Part shown: piece after piece, positions 39,674-53,186 of the stretch
Position numbering within the stretch: position 1 is the stretch's first letter
Layout of the letters: each line of letters begins with the position of its first letter
From: Plasmodiophora brassicae
Taxonomy: Eukaryota
DNA length: 64,000 nt
Reading direction: 5' to 3'
Assembly (NCBI GenBank): GCA_036867785.1
Contig: CP145416.1
Span: 930,001-994,000 of the forward strand
Made by a program: the position numbers and the translations under genes
The notes under the pieces: model-generated
What the model saw: the letters and a program-made list of their open reading frames with translations, nothing else
The model's database searches: none
What the model was told of the DNA's origin: nothing

Positions 39674-39987
39674 GTCATTGTTCATCGCAGAGTTCCCGTG
39701 TCTGGGTAGCGCCGTAATGCCCCCTGCATGGATCCGCGGCTGCTCACGCTGTTAGCATGAGTGCAGCCACGTCTGCAGCGGGCTGTGCTTGCTCGTGGTC
39801 CAGAGGCAGCCCGCCACCGTACCACACAGCCTGGAATGGACTGGCGTTCGGATCACTCCTGCGGTCCGTATAGTACAATTTGCAGGTGGCGGTGGCGGCC
39901 CCCAACAGCGACGCTGTCGAAAAACTGCGACTGGGCGCGGTCACCCGAGCTGCAGTGTGTTGTACTGTGGGGACCCCCCGAGCGCCG

Positions 39988-41598
39988 ATGGTCGTCAGAT
40001 GGCGACCAGCTGCCGGGTCGCATCGGGGTAGACGCATGCACGGCATCGTGAGCGAGATCCGGCGACTCGCCGGGGAGGGGTTCCCAGTCAGGGCGGAGCG
40101 CATTGAGATTCTGGATTCGCCGGCCGACTTCTACGAGCGGCTGCTGGTCAGTGACGGATGCGTGTGGCCTGGGTTCGAAGCTTACCGTTGCCCAGCAATC
40201 GGTAGCGTCCAGTCGATCTCGAATATCGCTGTCGTCGCTGTACCTCGGGACGGGTTCATTGGAAAGAAGCCTGGTACGACGAATATGGATAATCCTGGCC
40301 CACCGGTCGGTCAAGTAACGTTGGGTTGCTCACCGCAATAGGCCGAGTCGTTGCGGAAGGTGATATCCAACCATGGCGACCTGTCTGTCAACGTCGTCCT
40401 GGATTACCATCGTGGCCAACGTCGCGACCGGCAAGGGGAGTGCTCAATGTCGGTGCTGTCCAAATTGGCGACGTGTTTCCCAGCCCAGTTCAAAGTGCAC
40501 CTGTTCCGAGTCCCTCAGTGGAGATGGATACACGATGCTGTCGTCCGATGGCCGCGATGGAAAGAGCTGGTTGGCGTACAACACGCGAAGTTATACGTCT
40601 TCGACGACACTGTTATTATCAGCGGCGCCAACCTGTCCAATGACTACTTCGTCAACAGGCAAGATCGATACTACGTTATTCGTGACGCAGCGCTGGCCGA
40701 TTTCTCGCATGACCTGGTGGCCCGGTTCGCCCGCTGGTCGCATCGTCTGCAACACGACGGGCTGTCGCTCAGTCGTCCACTGGAACCCCCGTCCACCATC
40801 GACGTACAGCCCGACAAGCGCACCAGCGCAAAGCGGGACGAGGGCAGCATGGTAAATATGCCAGGTGCCTGACAGGTTAACCGTACGTCTGAGTGCCCTG
40901 CAGGGTCCGACGGACACGTTTGTCTTCCCGACCATCCAGCTGGATGTCGCTGGCGTGCGACTCGATCACGAATTGCTGACGCAGATCGTGTCCGGAAACT
41001 TGTCGCCTTCGGACGGGATGCACCATCTTACTCTGGCGTCGGGCTACCTGAACCTGACGCCTGACTTCCAGGAAATGCTTGCGAACTTCCCAGGTGCGGT
41101 GCGCGTCTGCTGTGTCCTTCTGCACGAATCTGATTGGCTGGCCCAGGAACGGTCTCGCTTGTGACGGCGTCGCCAATGGCAAATGGGTTTTACGGTGCTG
41201 CCGGTGTCTCCCGTTTCATCCCGGATGCATACGCCGTCGTCGTCAACGAGTTGCTGGCCCGCATGCCTCCCAACAAGTGTGAGATATTCGAATACGAGCG
41301 GACGGGTTGGACATACCACCAGAAAGGGCTGTGGTTGCATCCATCGCCGACGGCCCCTCCTGCACTGACCGTAATCGGAAGCTCCAACTTCGGCCATCGG
41401 TCCGTCTATAGAGACCTAGAAGCCCAGCTATGTATTGCGACCAACAATCAGGACCTGCGTCAGCGAATGCATAACGAGTGCCAACGGAGTACCACCCAGT
41501 ATACTCATAAGGTCACCAACGATACGTTTCGCCGGCCAGGTAGGTCTCTAAGCAGAACCATTCGCTTCGTGTCACGCCTCATCCGGCCCTGGATGTAA
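39988..41598 (+). CDS. PGS1: Phosphatidylglycerophosphate synthase (PLD-type, mitochondrial); multi-exon
   Basis: 'LSSLYLGTG', 'GVQHAKLYVFDDTVIISGANLSNDYFVNRQDRY', 'WTYHQKGLW', 'IGSSNFGHRSVYRDLEAQ'. Confidence 0.94.
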
Positions 41599-41681
41599 TA
41601 ATGTAAGACCGTCTTTATGTATAAAGCATTGTGCTGACCCGCAGCCCTGGGCGTGCTGATGGTCGTTGATAACAGTTGAGG

Positions 41682-43839
41682 TCACGAAGGCGTCGTCGAT
41701 TGCACCTGAGCGGCACGGTTCGTACTGCAACGGAACAGGTATTCGGCCAGGAAGTCCACCGGGTCTTCCGGCTGGACCTTGGCCATCTCGTACAAGCCTT
41801 CCGTCACGTACGGCAGGACTTTCTCATTGAGATAGTCACGTAGAGGTCGGGCGCGCTCTTCCACGGCCTGCCTCTCCTTAATCGCCAGTTCGGCCATCTG
41901 TGCCGCGTACTCGGCTTCCTGTGCCGTCATCAGAACGCGCAATATGGTACCCGAAACCTGGTGCTGACCTTCTGCGCGCGACGTTTCGCTTCCTGTTCTG
42001 CTTGCTCCCTGCGTTCACGTTCGCGTGCCTCCTCCTCGAGCCGCGCTTTCTCCTCCGCCTCTTTGGCCAGGCGATCTCGCTCAGCAATCTACCGGGGCAA
42101 TCAGCTTCAGCTGTTCCAATGTATCCCCTCTCAATCAGCGTACCTCCTCTTCGGTAGGATGGTAGTTGAAGAAAGGAGCCCCGCCCTGGACGTACAGAAG
42201 AAGGGTCTCGTCGGTTGTTGTGCGCGAGGCGCCCCCGTCCAGGTCATAGACATCGATGCCCTTGTCGGTGTAGTATTTCCTGGGTCCACTGTCTCCGCCA
42301 AGCCCCGCCTTGGTCCAGGCCGCCCAACGCCTGGCCTGTCCTTTCTCATCGCTGTGCCCGGCGATCGCCGTCCCGATGTTCTCCTTCACGCGCGCCATCG
42401 CCGCCTGTTCCGTCGCGACCATGCAGATCACTCGTTCAGGCATGATGGCGATTTTCGGCTTCTTCGCTGCTGCCTCTTCATCATCAGCCTCTTCCGCCTT
42501 GTCCGCATCGTCGCCGTCGGCTGGCTTCGAGTCGCCCTCGAATAACGCGACGGCTTCCTCCGCGCTGCGAGGGTACCCGTCCAGTACGTAGCCCTTGTTG
42601 CGAACCTCGTTGCGAACGAGTTCCTGGCGAACGATCCCAGCGGCGACCGGCAGTGCAGCCTTGCCATCCTTGCCAACGACGAGCTCGGCGCCCATGCGTT
42701 CTTTGGCGCGCGCCATCACGTCGCGAATGTTGATCAGCGGCAGGTACAGCAGGTCGGCGACGCGTTTGGCAACGGTGGACTTGGCGCTGCCGGGCGGGCC
42801 GCAGATCGCGAGCCGGATCGGGCGTAACGCGCGTGCCTGGACGAATTCGTCGATGATCGACTGCACGTTGGCAACGAGGCCGAGCTCCGATCGCCACTCC
42901 AGGTCCTCGAACGAGGCCACCCAGGACGCCTCGCGTTTCACAAGGACCTGGCTCGTCATGATTGCAAGGCGCTCAGCGGCATCGGGACGGGTATCGTCAA
43001 GCGCGGCAGCGCCAACGTCAAGCGTCGCGGTCTGCCCCGTGCCAAGGGCGTTCGAGATCGCAGCGACAATGGCCTGCTGCGTGTCGCGAGCCTTATCCAC
43101 AGCAACGAGGAAGTTGCTGGGTGCGGCCACCGGTGGGCGCTCAGCGAGGCGCACGAACAGCTTCGCCAGGTCGGCGACGTGGATCGTTGGGATCACATTC
43201 GTACCGGCGCCGACGACTGGGAGAGCGGGCGGCGAGCACAGCCAGGCTTGTCGGAACACCGGGTGCAATGGCTCCTCGCCGTCGCCGTACAGAACGCCAG
43301 CGCACAGCACGAACGTCGACAGGTACTCTCGGGACGAGTTGATGGCGAGCGTCTCCACGAGCTTGTGCCTGACGAAGGCGGCAGCTGGATTGCGAGCGCG
43401 GTACGACCCTTCGCTGATCTCCTGGTCGGGTGCGCCGCCTGCCACCCAATCGTTAATCGCAGACAGAACGCTGTTCGGGCACGTGGGCCGTACCTGCCCA
43501 CGTCAGGATCGTGGAGACGCAGATGAGCGTCTTGGGCGTCGTGAAGTTCAACGAGCGAACCGCCTTAATTAGGGCCAGGGCATCGTCGACCGACTCGAAC
43601 ACGTCGACAACGATGACGTCTGCGGAAGCGATCTTCTGTTCCAAGGTCTGGTCGGGTGCCGCGTCCAGGACGACGAGGCGTCGTGTGACGGTGGACGGGT
43701 CTTCCTCGTCGACGGCCGGCGGTTCAGCGCCGCCGTCCCAAGCCTGTCGGCGGGCGTCCATGGCGGCGACAAGGTGCCGCCCAAGGTACCCATGGGCACC
43801 GTGGATGAAGACCTTCCAAACCGGCATCGATTCCGCCAT
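41682..43839 (-). CDS. AK7: Adenylate kinase 7-like (NAD-binding-like N-domain, AK domain, coiled coil, Dpy-30); multi-exon
   Basis: 'ICVSTILTWA', 'GVLYGDGE', 'NVIPTIHVADLA', 'RNKGYVLDGYP'; C-terminal Dpy-30 'PLRDYLNEKVLPYVTEGL...PEDPVDFLAEYLF'. Confidence 0.9.
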
Positions 43840-43986
43840 CCTGGACGACGTCGATCGTCTGTTTACGTACTAATGGGTACGCCTCGACTCCTGAGACGGG
43901 TGGCCAGGCCAGAATGCTGCACGTGGGCAATCCGTCATCTACCAGGGTGACGGCAACGTCGCGATGAGTTCAGTGACGATTATACT

Positions 43987-45843
43987 TCATTCCAGGAACC
44001 GATGCCGGAAGCAGGTCAGGTCTGGGTCGTACACGAACGGTAGGCGTCGATCACGGCCCCTTCTGGCGCGGACAAACACCTTCTCGTCTCCCATGCCGCA
44101 CAGCTCGGGGACGATGGCAATGCAGGCAATGTCAAAGCACATCTGGAGCTGCCGCAGGACGGCGGGAAGCAGCACGCGCTGGTAGGCCTCTTCGCCGGCC
44201 ATGCCACCGCAGTCGCTGACCTCGTGCTCGATTAGTCGTGATGCCGCAAGGAATTCTGATTCACGATACGGGTCTTGATCCACGTCTATGGAGACCGACA
44301 CTCGCGGTGCCGACCGTGGATGATCACCAGCAACCGCAATCTGCGCCGTCATCGTAATTTGGGAATCCAGGCTGAATACAGCCGTTAGCGAGCGGGTGTG
44401 ACCCGGCTTGGTTGACAACGACAGCAGTGATGAACGCGGTCGCAAACAGTACCGGGCAGCAATGCCGGGTGGGAGTGGGATCGAATTCTTGCACTTCTGG
44501 ATCTGTGCGATCTGTTCGATGAGCGCCGCTTGCGACACGATTTGTTCACGCAACAACGATATGAAACGTCGGACGGTGACTCCATCGTCCTGGGCCGATT
44601 CAGTGCCAGCCACGAAATGAAGTCCACAGAGACGTTGCGCCCATCGGAAAGGTCGCCCGAGTTTAGCAGAGTCTCTGCAGAGGCAGTCAGTACCAGCCAG
44701 GACATAGGTGACGCCGTATGCGTACATGGACGAGCACAGGACGCTTGCAATCCCGCCCGGCATACACTCGCCGTCATCAGACGGGAACAATCCAGACAGC
44801 AGCTGTAGAGTGTCGCTGGAAGATTGGACAAAGGCAACAGGCCCAGGTGTCAGCAACGAGAACACGATGTCGACGCCTGATCACAGTTCAATCCAGGTCC
44901 CGTCTCTATACCGACAACCAACCCACCTGGAAGCTTACTCGATGCTTGGACGGACAGGACAACGGAATTGGGTGCCCATGTGCATTCCACCTCCTCCTTG
45001 CCGTTTCCCCCTTTGACAACGAACGTTTCACGGCGCTTCTCGTTGACGTGAACAGCGACAAGCTGATCGTTGAAGACGACTTTGTACGACGCCAGCGACA
45101 TATACAGCATCCGCAATGGGTCGGGTAGATGCATGACCTGATCGAGTCACTCGTCAGGCACAGAGCACGACGGCTTTGACGTCAGGGCGTACCTCGGGGG
45201 ATGGGACTGAAAACGCGTCCGACAGGCCGAGGCGAGCTTTGAGCGGCACGCATGCAGCGAATACGTTGGCGAGATGGTCGCTAATCGAATCGAGGAACGC
45301 GCGCTTCTCGCGGTTCGACGCGATCAGCCTCTGCTTCTGGGCGTTCATCGCCTTCAAACGCTCGACAAGTTCAGCTCGTTGCTGCTTCTCGAACATGAGA
45401 CGGGCGATATGCAGGCGGTGTTCGTCACCGAGAATGTCGGGCTCCTTGAGATGCGCTGGGGCGGATCGCATAAATTCGTCGCGGCCGACAAGGACGACGT
45501 CTGGACGGGTGTGGGCGAACTCCTTGCAGATGGCCGTTTCCTTCAGAACGTACGCTTTCTCACGCAGCAGGCTCTGGTAGTTCAACGTGGCCGCATCCAG
45601 CGACACCTTCTTCTTGGACGTCGAATTCGTCAATTCCTCCATGTGGACGTTGACCTCGCGGTTGACCTGCTTGAGCTCGGCGAGCAGCATCCGCAGGTGC
45701 CAGCATCGCTCATCCAGGTCGAGATCGCCGACGGCGCCCAGCGACACGGCCGACACCGCGCACCGCTTCAGCTCATCGACAATCTCGATGAGCCGCGACA
45801 GACCCGGCACGCCCGGCTCCTCGCCGTCCACGTCCATCTTCAT
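43987..45843 (-). CDS. THOC5: THO complex subunit 5 (FMIP family); multi-exon
   Basis: 'LKQVNR...LDAATLNYQSLLREKAYVLKETAICKEF', 'HRLHIARLMFEKQQRAEL', C-terminal 'LRQLQMCFD...RARRGRDRRLPFVY'. Confidence 0.88.
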
Positions 45844-46185
45844 CGCGGCACACCCTGCGGAGTTCCGACCGCGACTCAGAACTGCAACTCGGCGGGCGAG
45901 CCACGCCCGCCCCGGTCACAAAGGCCAATGCCGCCTCATACTTCTTGCCTATGGGGGGCACCGTCCCGGGTTGCTGTTTTACAACGAATCGGAATGGGCC
46001 CCTCAACCGATATGTCCCATGTCCTGGTGCACAGGAGTCGTCCAACAATCGTGTTCCGTTGGGAAGTCAGTGTGTGGGTGCGTAACGTGGCACGACAGTA
46101 TCCTGACTACTGTCTAGCACCTCGGCCGTTAAGCGGTACTGCAGAGATTCTCGTCGCATAACGATTAGGTTGGTGCTCGGGAGCG

Positions 46186-47023
46186 ATGGGCAACGGACAG
46201 GGCAGACCCTGTGGCAGCGTTCGACCAGCTGGGCGCCCGACGCGCTCAATTAGATGGTTGTCTCGTGTACGTCGTGTGCTGGGGCGGGGCCTGCACAGTC
46301 TGGGTGCGTGCCTGTCGCCTCAGGATGTCTTGGACGACCCTGTCCACCTGCGACAAGAGGTCCGGTACACTCGCCGCCTGCTGCCTGCTCTCGTCTTCTT
46401 AAATCTCAGGCAGATTGAGGCTCTCGGCCATCGCATTCGCCAACTGGAGATCGCCGCCGCCGCCGCCAGCAGCGTCTTGCTTACCCTTGGGCCGTCTCGT
46501 CCAGAGTATGCGATTGTGTCGTGTTATGCACTTTGTCGGCAGCTGATGAGGCCTGAACAGAACGGCTGCCGGGGCGCCACCAACACCACCACCGCCGCCT
46601 CTAGCGACAACGTCCAGGCCTGAGGCGCCCACCTCGTCGCCTGCTCCTGTTGCACCGATCCCGCCGCCCCTGTCTGCGCCCACGCCTGGCCCTGCACCGG
46701 TCCCGACGCCCCCGACGCCACGTGCCCCTGGTGCATTGGCCACGTCCCTACCATTCCCATCAGCACCTTGTGCACCAGTCCCGACGCCCACGACGCCCTC
46801 GTCGCCACCTGCATCTGCTGCATCGGCGACACCTGCGCTGGGGCCGCCTTCTCAAGTGACAGCACCCGATCATCTTCTCACATTCGAGGATATGTTCGCT
46901 GTCGTGGACGCCGCAGTACGAGGCGACAATGCGCAATGGGTCGACTTTGATTGCGACGACTCGTCATCCGATTTCGCAGACCGCATATTCGAAGACCTCC
47001 TCAAATCCATTGCCGTCAATTAA
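46186..47023 (+). CDS. Hypothetical Pro-rich protein with possible N-myristoylation (MGNGQG); multi-exon
   Basis: GT-AG introns join exons in frame (about 46267-46323 and 46360-46413); Pro/Ala/Thr-rich exon; acidic C-terminus. Confidence 0.5.
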
Positions 47024-47151
47024 ACATCAAATGCAGGACGACCGCCCTTCCGTCAGAGTCGCCGGACGTCCGAAGGCTGCCGTGCAACAGCAAGCACAGG
47101 ACCGGCACACCTTGCGGAGCATTCGGACCATTCGGCGCATTCTCTGCGCTG

Positions 47152-48024
47152 ATGCTGTGCACGACGACATGCTGCGACTGCGATGTGGTCGTTCCGGACG
47201 ACTGTGCCCTACCGGACGCAATTGAACTGCTCGAAACAGCTACAGGGGGTATTGATACCGGGCGTCCCGTTGTGGCACTGGTACCGTCGGCGCTCTGTAG
47301 CGGTCTGATGGACTACCTGGAACACGTGCGAGAGTGTGCAGTCGACGTATCTCCGATACAGTCGTCGTCACTCGAAGAGCTTTCTATACACATGGCTGAA
47401 TGCGTGAACATGGCCGAGGTCGTCAACCGCATCTGCCTCGCCCTCAAGAAGTGGGCCGACGACGTCGGCGGGCTCGCCTCGTCGCACGTCATGGTGGCGA
47501 TTGCCAGGAACGCGGACGGCACGGCTGCGATGAGACCGAGCGGACGTCCCGTATGCCGGAGCGAGATCAGATTCGCTTACTGGAAGCAATGGCCACCTCT
47601 TCGAGAGCGGGGTCCACCTTATGCTGGAGAACTGCGAGCGCCTGACATCTGGGGTGACGTCTTCTGGCACGACGTTTCTGTGGACCGGCTTCGCGTCATG
47701 CGCCGCGGCGCTGATCTAGCTCGGTACGGGCACGCGAGCACAGAGATCGTCGCCATCGGTCTACCGGATATCGAATCTTATCGTCCCGATCCCGGCCACT
47801 ACGTCGGCAATGTCACGCGCCGCGTATCCCAGCCGGATCCGACCCCGTACGACTTCCATCACCCAGTAGCCGAACCGCCGTATCTGCTTTACTGGAGGAC
47901 CCCACTGCATCCACCAGAAGTTCACACGATGTCGTCGCCGTCTGCATTTCTCCAGACTGCTGCTGGTTTCCAGCTGGACTTCAGCGATGTCCTGGACGAA
48001 TTGCGCCTGTTAGCAACCGATTAG
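47152..48024 (+). CDS. Hypothetical protein with weak BTB/SKP1-like N-terminal pattern
   Basis: Long intact ORF; 'VPSALCSGLMDYLEH...LEELSIHMAECVNMAEVVNRIC' has a BTB-like helical spacing. The start codon is uncertain. Confidence 0.5.
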   Translation: MLCTTTCCDCDVVVPDDCALPDAIELLETATGGIDTGRPVVALVPSALCSGLMDYLEHVRECAVDVSPIQSSSLEELSIHMAECVNMAEVVNRICLALKKWADDVGGLASSHVMVAIARNADGTAAMRPSGRPVCRSEIRFAYWKQWPPLRERGPPYAGELRAPDIWGDVFWHDVSVDRLRVMRRGADLARYGHASTEIVAIGLPDIESYRPDPGHYVGNVTRRVSQPDPTPYDFHHPVAEPPYLLYWRTPLHPPEVHTMSSPSAFLQTAAGFQLDFSDVLDELRLLATD

Positions 48025-48179
48025 TGACTGGTAAACAAAGCGAACTGGGAGGCGTACGTCGCCGCATGTAATTAGTCACGGGTCGTCCCTGGACGTGCTG
48101 TGCCGATGCCTGCCGACATGGCTGCTCGTAGATCGAGGCCAGACGTAGGTGGGCGAAGCGCGCCGACGAGCTTCGTTAG

Positions 48180-48684
48180 GTGGAGGCGGTGGGCCGGTCG
48201 GGTGGGGCTGGCCCACGACCGAGAGCGTCGCGTCGACGCCAGCGGACCCAGTGCAAAGTCGACGATTGGGCGGCCTGCCGTGTGTTCAGAAAAGCCCAAC
48301 CGCAGGTCGGCGTTTCGCAGCTGAAGCGCGTTTGGCCCTGTAAAGTCGTGGACGACTTCCTCTCGGGCATCTGTCTGGTGGTCGCCGACCAGACGGCCGC
48401 AGCGTACTCTGAAGTCGCCCGTGACGACGACCGCCCGGCGGTGTGTGGCGCGCGATGATATTGTATCGACGCTCATGGCGTCCGGTGCCATGAGGCACAG
48501 GGAATCGCTGGCGCGACGGCCCAAGACGCGCCGCACAGCCCCAGCAGCGCAAAGAATTAAAAGGCGGGGGTATTCGCGTTGGAAGGCGCTCTCGTCGGTC
48601 AGCTATGTAGGTCTCGAAGATGCCGACGGCGGCCTGCACCCTTTCGGCTAACAGGCCTTCAACGCTCCATGTCGCGATCAGCAT
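48180..48684 (-). mobile_element. Degenerate non-LTR retrotransposon (LINE) APE-endonuclease relic
   Basis: 'LIATWSVEGL' (cf. TWNVxGL), 'GIFET', 'VVVTGDFR' (cf. GDFN), 'ALQLRN...F..GRPIVDFAL' in the expected order, broken by frameshifts. Confidence 0.65.
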
Positions 48685-49216
48685 CGTGGCGCCGGCGACG
48701 CCCTATCTGAACGGTCCCGATGGGGGTTCAAAGTTTTAACGGCCTGGGCCCCGATCTCGTGCATACGCGAAGCAAAGCGAGAGCTCCAATCGCTGGTCGC
48801 TCACTAAACGAAAGTCGGACATTGGTGGTTATGAACTACAAAGCCCGAAGAACTTACGGTATGGTACTGCTGTACTAGACAGTGAACGAAAATGCGGCAT
48901 GTCCGTTGCTTGGTAGGCCCGGCGGCGCGACAAAGGCGCCGTCGAAATGGATTTTGGAACGGCGAGCGCGCGCAATTCGGCGCCGGCGCCGCGATACTAT
49001 CCCTCGGCGACCAACAGGCGTCTGCTTTGCCTACCCCTGTAGGTAATGTACTATTTCGGGCCAGGCGCGACTGGTCCTTTTGGGTAAGGTAAATCCGTGA
49101 CGCGGTAACGAACAGACGTACTTAAGCCGACGGTGGAACCCGCGTCACATCTCACGTCTACGCGAGACGTTGTCCTTTCATTTTGTTGATTGCGCGGGCG
49201 GGAGCTGTCCCTCATC

Positions 49217-50871
49217 ATGATCGTTCACGTGGCGTTGGCGGTCATCATCGCCGGGCAGGTCGTGCAGGGGGCTGTGTACACGACCTCCGGCGTCGCCGTC
49301 ACCCTGGAGAAGCCCTCGTGGATGCGCCTTCGAATTCAGCCGAACCGGGCGTTCTTCTTGTCAGCTGCGATCCCTGAGGCGATATGCGATGAAATCCAGG
49401 TTGAAATGGATGTGGAGCCGTCGGATGACGGCAACCGCGTCCTTTTCGAACTGTTCGGCGAGGACAGTGAACTGATGAAAACGTTCGATCTGACGCCGTA
49501 CAAACTGGATGACGATACAGACGGTCTGAATCGTAAGGTGTTCATATTGTCCCCACGAGTGGAGTCCTGACCGCTCCCAATCAGGACACTGGACGTTCAG
49601 CATACCGAAGGACAGCGAGGTCGTCGAGTACATCAACGACCATATGGAGGCAATCACATTGGTAACTACACGGCGGCGGAATCATGTGCGACGTACGCCA
49701 CTGATGCTTTCACCTGCAGAGCTTGGCTGCCGAGGCTATTACTAACAGAATTACGATCCAAAAGCCGTCCATCGTGATCAAAACCACGGACGACGACCAG
49801 GAGGATGGTCTTTCTGGAAGCTATGCCCGATCTGATGTTAGCGAGATGGAGCGTGGTGAACGCGGTGTGTCACTCGCCGAACAGGACATCACTCCCGAGT
49901 CACTGAGCGACACGCGCGCTGCTGATGAACACGACGTAGTTGACATACCGGACCCTGAAGTGCCCTCGGGTGCCAGTGAGACGACAGGAGACGTTGCCTC
50001 CCCATTGCCATCAACGACTGAAGACGACGACATCCTGTCAGAGTTGTGGGCTATGTTCGATGCGGTAGACCACCCGGAGCTCCCACCGGTGACAAGCGGT
50101 CCCGCAGCCCCAGAGGAACAGACGTTTGACGATGTCGAGCCCATACTCTCGGTGACCAACAACGCCGCTGATTCTCCACGGGAAGACGAGTTCGTCGCAG
50201 ATGAATCGCGTGCTGACACTCAGCCTGACCTGAATGCCGGTTTTGACGATGAGGTGTACTCCGACAACGAGAGCGATGTCGTCTCCGATGACGAACAGGG
50301 GTTCAGTGATCCGCAGTCGGACGATGACGTCGATGCTAATGATGGCCCTGGTCCGGATGCTGAACCTGCTGCGGAAACCAGTGGACCGGTTCGTGACGCG
50401 CCATTTAGGTCTGCACGAGAGACGTCCACAACTGAAACGAGCGGGACGCAAGGCAGCCAGCAATTCCCGGCCGAACCTTCGACCAGTTCGGCAAACAGCG
50501 TCAACGCAGAGACAGGCGAGACATCCTTCGAGCCACCCCCGCGCCAGGCTGGATCCTCCAGCGGGGACGTGGTGATCCAGGTCACTCATGAGCAACCGAA
50601 GAGCTGGATAACGAAGAAGGAGATACCGTATCTGGCTGGGGTGACAATTTTTCTGGTCGCTGCGCTGATCGCGTTCTTCCTCTGGCGACGTCAGCAGAAG
50701 CTGCGAGCTCGCAATGCTGCCATGTACGCGCACACTGTCTTTGGCGTCGAGCATGTCATCCACGGCATCGTCCCAGAGGATCAAGCAGGTCTTCATCCCA
50801 CCGATGATCACGCACTTGGTTTCTCCACAGCGGCCCAGATGCGCAAGCCGTTCCAAGATGTCATCGTCTAG
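49217..50871 (+). CDS. Type I membrane/surface protein (signal peptide, small N-domain, acidic Ser/Thr/Asp-rich stalk, TM, short tail); 2 introns
   Basis: MIVHVALAVIIAGQVVQG signal-like; TM 'YLAGVTIFLVAALIAFFLW' followed by RRQQK. Confidence 0.75.
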
Positions 50872-50982
50872 TTCCTATCGTTGATGGAGATGTGTTCCTC
50901 GCGTTACAACTACGTTCAACAGCAAGGCAATACAGGTTGTCTTCTGCCTTTACGCCTGCTTTGATATATACGCAGCGACGAA

Positions 50983-52896
50983 TTATCGTCGCTGCAAGAG
51001 CTCTGCCATCTTGATCGAGCTCTGCAACGCATCGCGAGCACGCGCAATGGATTCGTCGAGAATTGCTGAACGGACAACGTCAGTTGGAAGCATGACGCTG
51101 TACAATGCGTTGTTACCGCAGCGACTCAGGGAATCCAGAACTCCTTGCCAGCACTGTCTGAGGACTTGAAACTTGGAGGAGCCAGACGATGGGGTGGTTC
51201 CTGGGCAAGCACGCGATCCACGAAAGGCGATAATCTGCATCAAGAGTACTACGGCTGCAATGTCTACACCGTTATCGCGACATACTTGGTACAGATCGCG
51301 TTCCTTCACCATCTGAAGCATGGACTCGGTGGCAGACGTTCGGTGGTGAAATTGGAAGGGCGTCTGCACGTTGCGAATCAGACACACAGTCGCGACCGAG
51401 CATGCGCGCTCGATGAGATACAGCGTTGCCTATGAAAACTTGATGGAGGACACGAAGAGCACCATGCCTGGCGATTCGAGAGCCATACTCCGAGTTTGGC
51501 ATTTCTGACAGAATGTATGCCCGGTTGGCAACAGAGCTCGACAGGTTTGGCGACATGACGCAATCAACGATGACGGTGTCTTCAACTTTCCGACGACCCG
51601 CGGCATCCAGCAGCCGGTAGACGCAATGTTTCAGTGCCTCCCCAATGTCGCATGAGCGAGGGTCAACCATCACGGCAAACAGGTGCAACAGCAGCGAAGT
51701 GATGTCCGGCATGTACATGGGAGCGTTCAGGTCACAGCACGCAGCGAGGGTGTACAGAATGTGTCCCAAGTTCCCGCACACATCCCTACAGTGGACGGGC
51801 AACCCCCCTGCAGCACTTGTAATTGCCACATCGCGAACACCTAGAGTACGTGAACCCTCTGGTGAGATCTCATACTGTACCGTCACGTACCGGAACAATG
51901 CAAAGCGGCAAGGAAGTGTCGTGCCTGCGGAAACCATGGACTTCGACGGCCTTCATCAGCACAATCGTCGATGATTAAATCAAGACGTTCGAACGGCGAC
52001 AAATTGGATGATTCCTGCGTCGGGAATAGGCACTCAAAATATGTAGGAACAAGCACAAACGCGAGACGTACCCTTCTGGAATTTGCCAGGATCGAAATCA
52101 ACAGTTGCCGGCTTCGATAGACAACGAACGGATCACAGTGCGTTGCCACGAGCTGGAACAGGAGTTGACACAGCGCTTCCTCGTCGGCGGGGGATCGGAT
52201 ATGATCCGAAATGAACACATTGGCCTCAACTGGGGCGAACAAGTACTCGGACAGCGTTGTCGTGAGCGCTCCTGGTTCTTCACATCGTCAGGCGTCTGTG
52301 ATCCCACGTACTGTTGATAGCCACATACCTGTTCGAGCGCCTTCCGCTAGGTCCCGCAGGTCACCAGGAGCAGAACTGCTGAACGATACCAGCATGGGCG
52401 AAGGACTTCGTTGAGCGTTCTCGACGATGGAGTACTCGTGCGCGCTTGACGACTCAATTCCATAGACCTTGTCACGTGCTTCCGCCTGCATGCAGCAGAT
52501 GTAGGCCTTCAGGATGCGGTACGCAAAGCAACACTAACATACGTCTCGTTCGTTCTCGTTCTTCTGTTTCAGGACGGCGAGCCGCGCCTCCAGTTCCGCA
52601 TCCTGCTCCTCGCTCTGCATCAGCAGGTCTTTCACTCGCTCCGCTTCCTCCCTCCGTTCCCGACTGCGTCGCATGACCTGCTCGAACAGCAGATCCGCCT
52701 CGGACAGACCCCTACCAAGCACGTCACTCCCCTCGCGCCGGCGACACGCGCCAGCGAAGCCCCACGTCGACGTTGTGCATTCGACCACCGCTTTCTGGCT
52801 CTTCTTCCTCAACCGCACCGGACGGCGCCGCAACGATCTCAGCTCGGTGTCGCTGTCGAGTATCGCCAGGTCAATGTCGTCGTCGCCGCTGCCCAT
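50983..52896 (-). CDS. Probable SLF2/Nse6-like (FAM178/CANIN-domain) SMC5/6 loader; multi-exon
   Basis: Charged coiled-coil N-region. 'QLLFQLVATHCDPFVVYRSRQLL' and 'ITSLLLHLFAVMVD...NRAYILSEMPNSEYGSRIARHGALRVL' resemble SLF2 C-terminal motifs as recalled. Confidence 0.5.
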
Positions 52897-53186
52897 GGTA
52901 TGCTATTACGCAGTCCCCACCCGGCGCAGTTGTGCGGTGCACGGCGCGCGCCGACGACGTGCCCGACTGCAGTCCGCCTGCGAAGCTGCCGCCGGAGCCC
53001 GCCGAAGATCGGCGTGAGCTGCTGACAGCAGTCAGCAGTACTCATTCCTGCTGTCGGTTTTTGGATCTGCAGCTGACGCGGTGTGGACGCAGTTCACAGT
53101 GTCGTGCGACAGAGGGTTCCTGCCCCGATGTAACGCAGCCCGGGAACACTGTTGGCACAAGGTCTGCTGCAGCGCCGCGTACGGCG

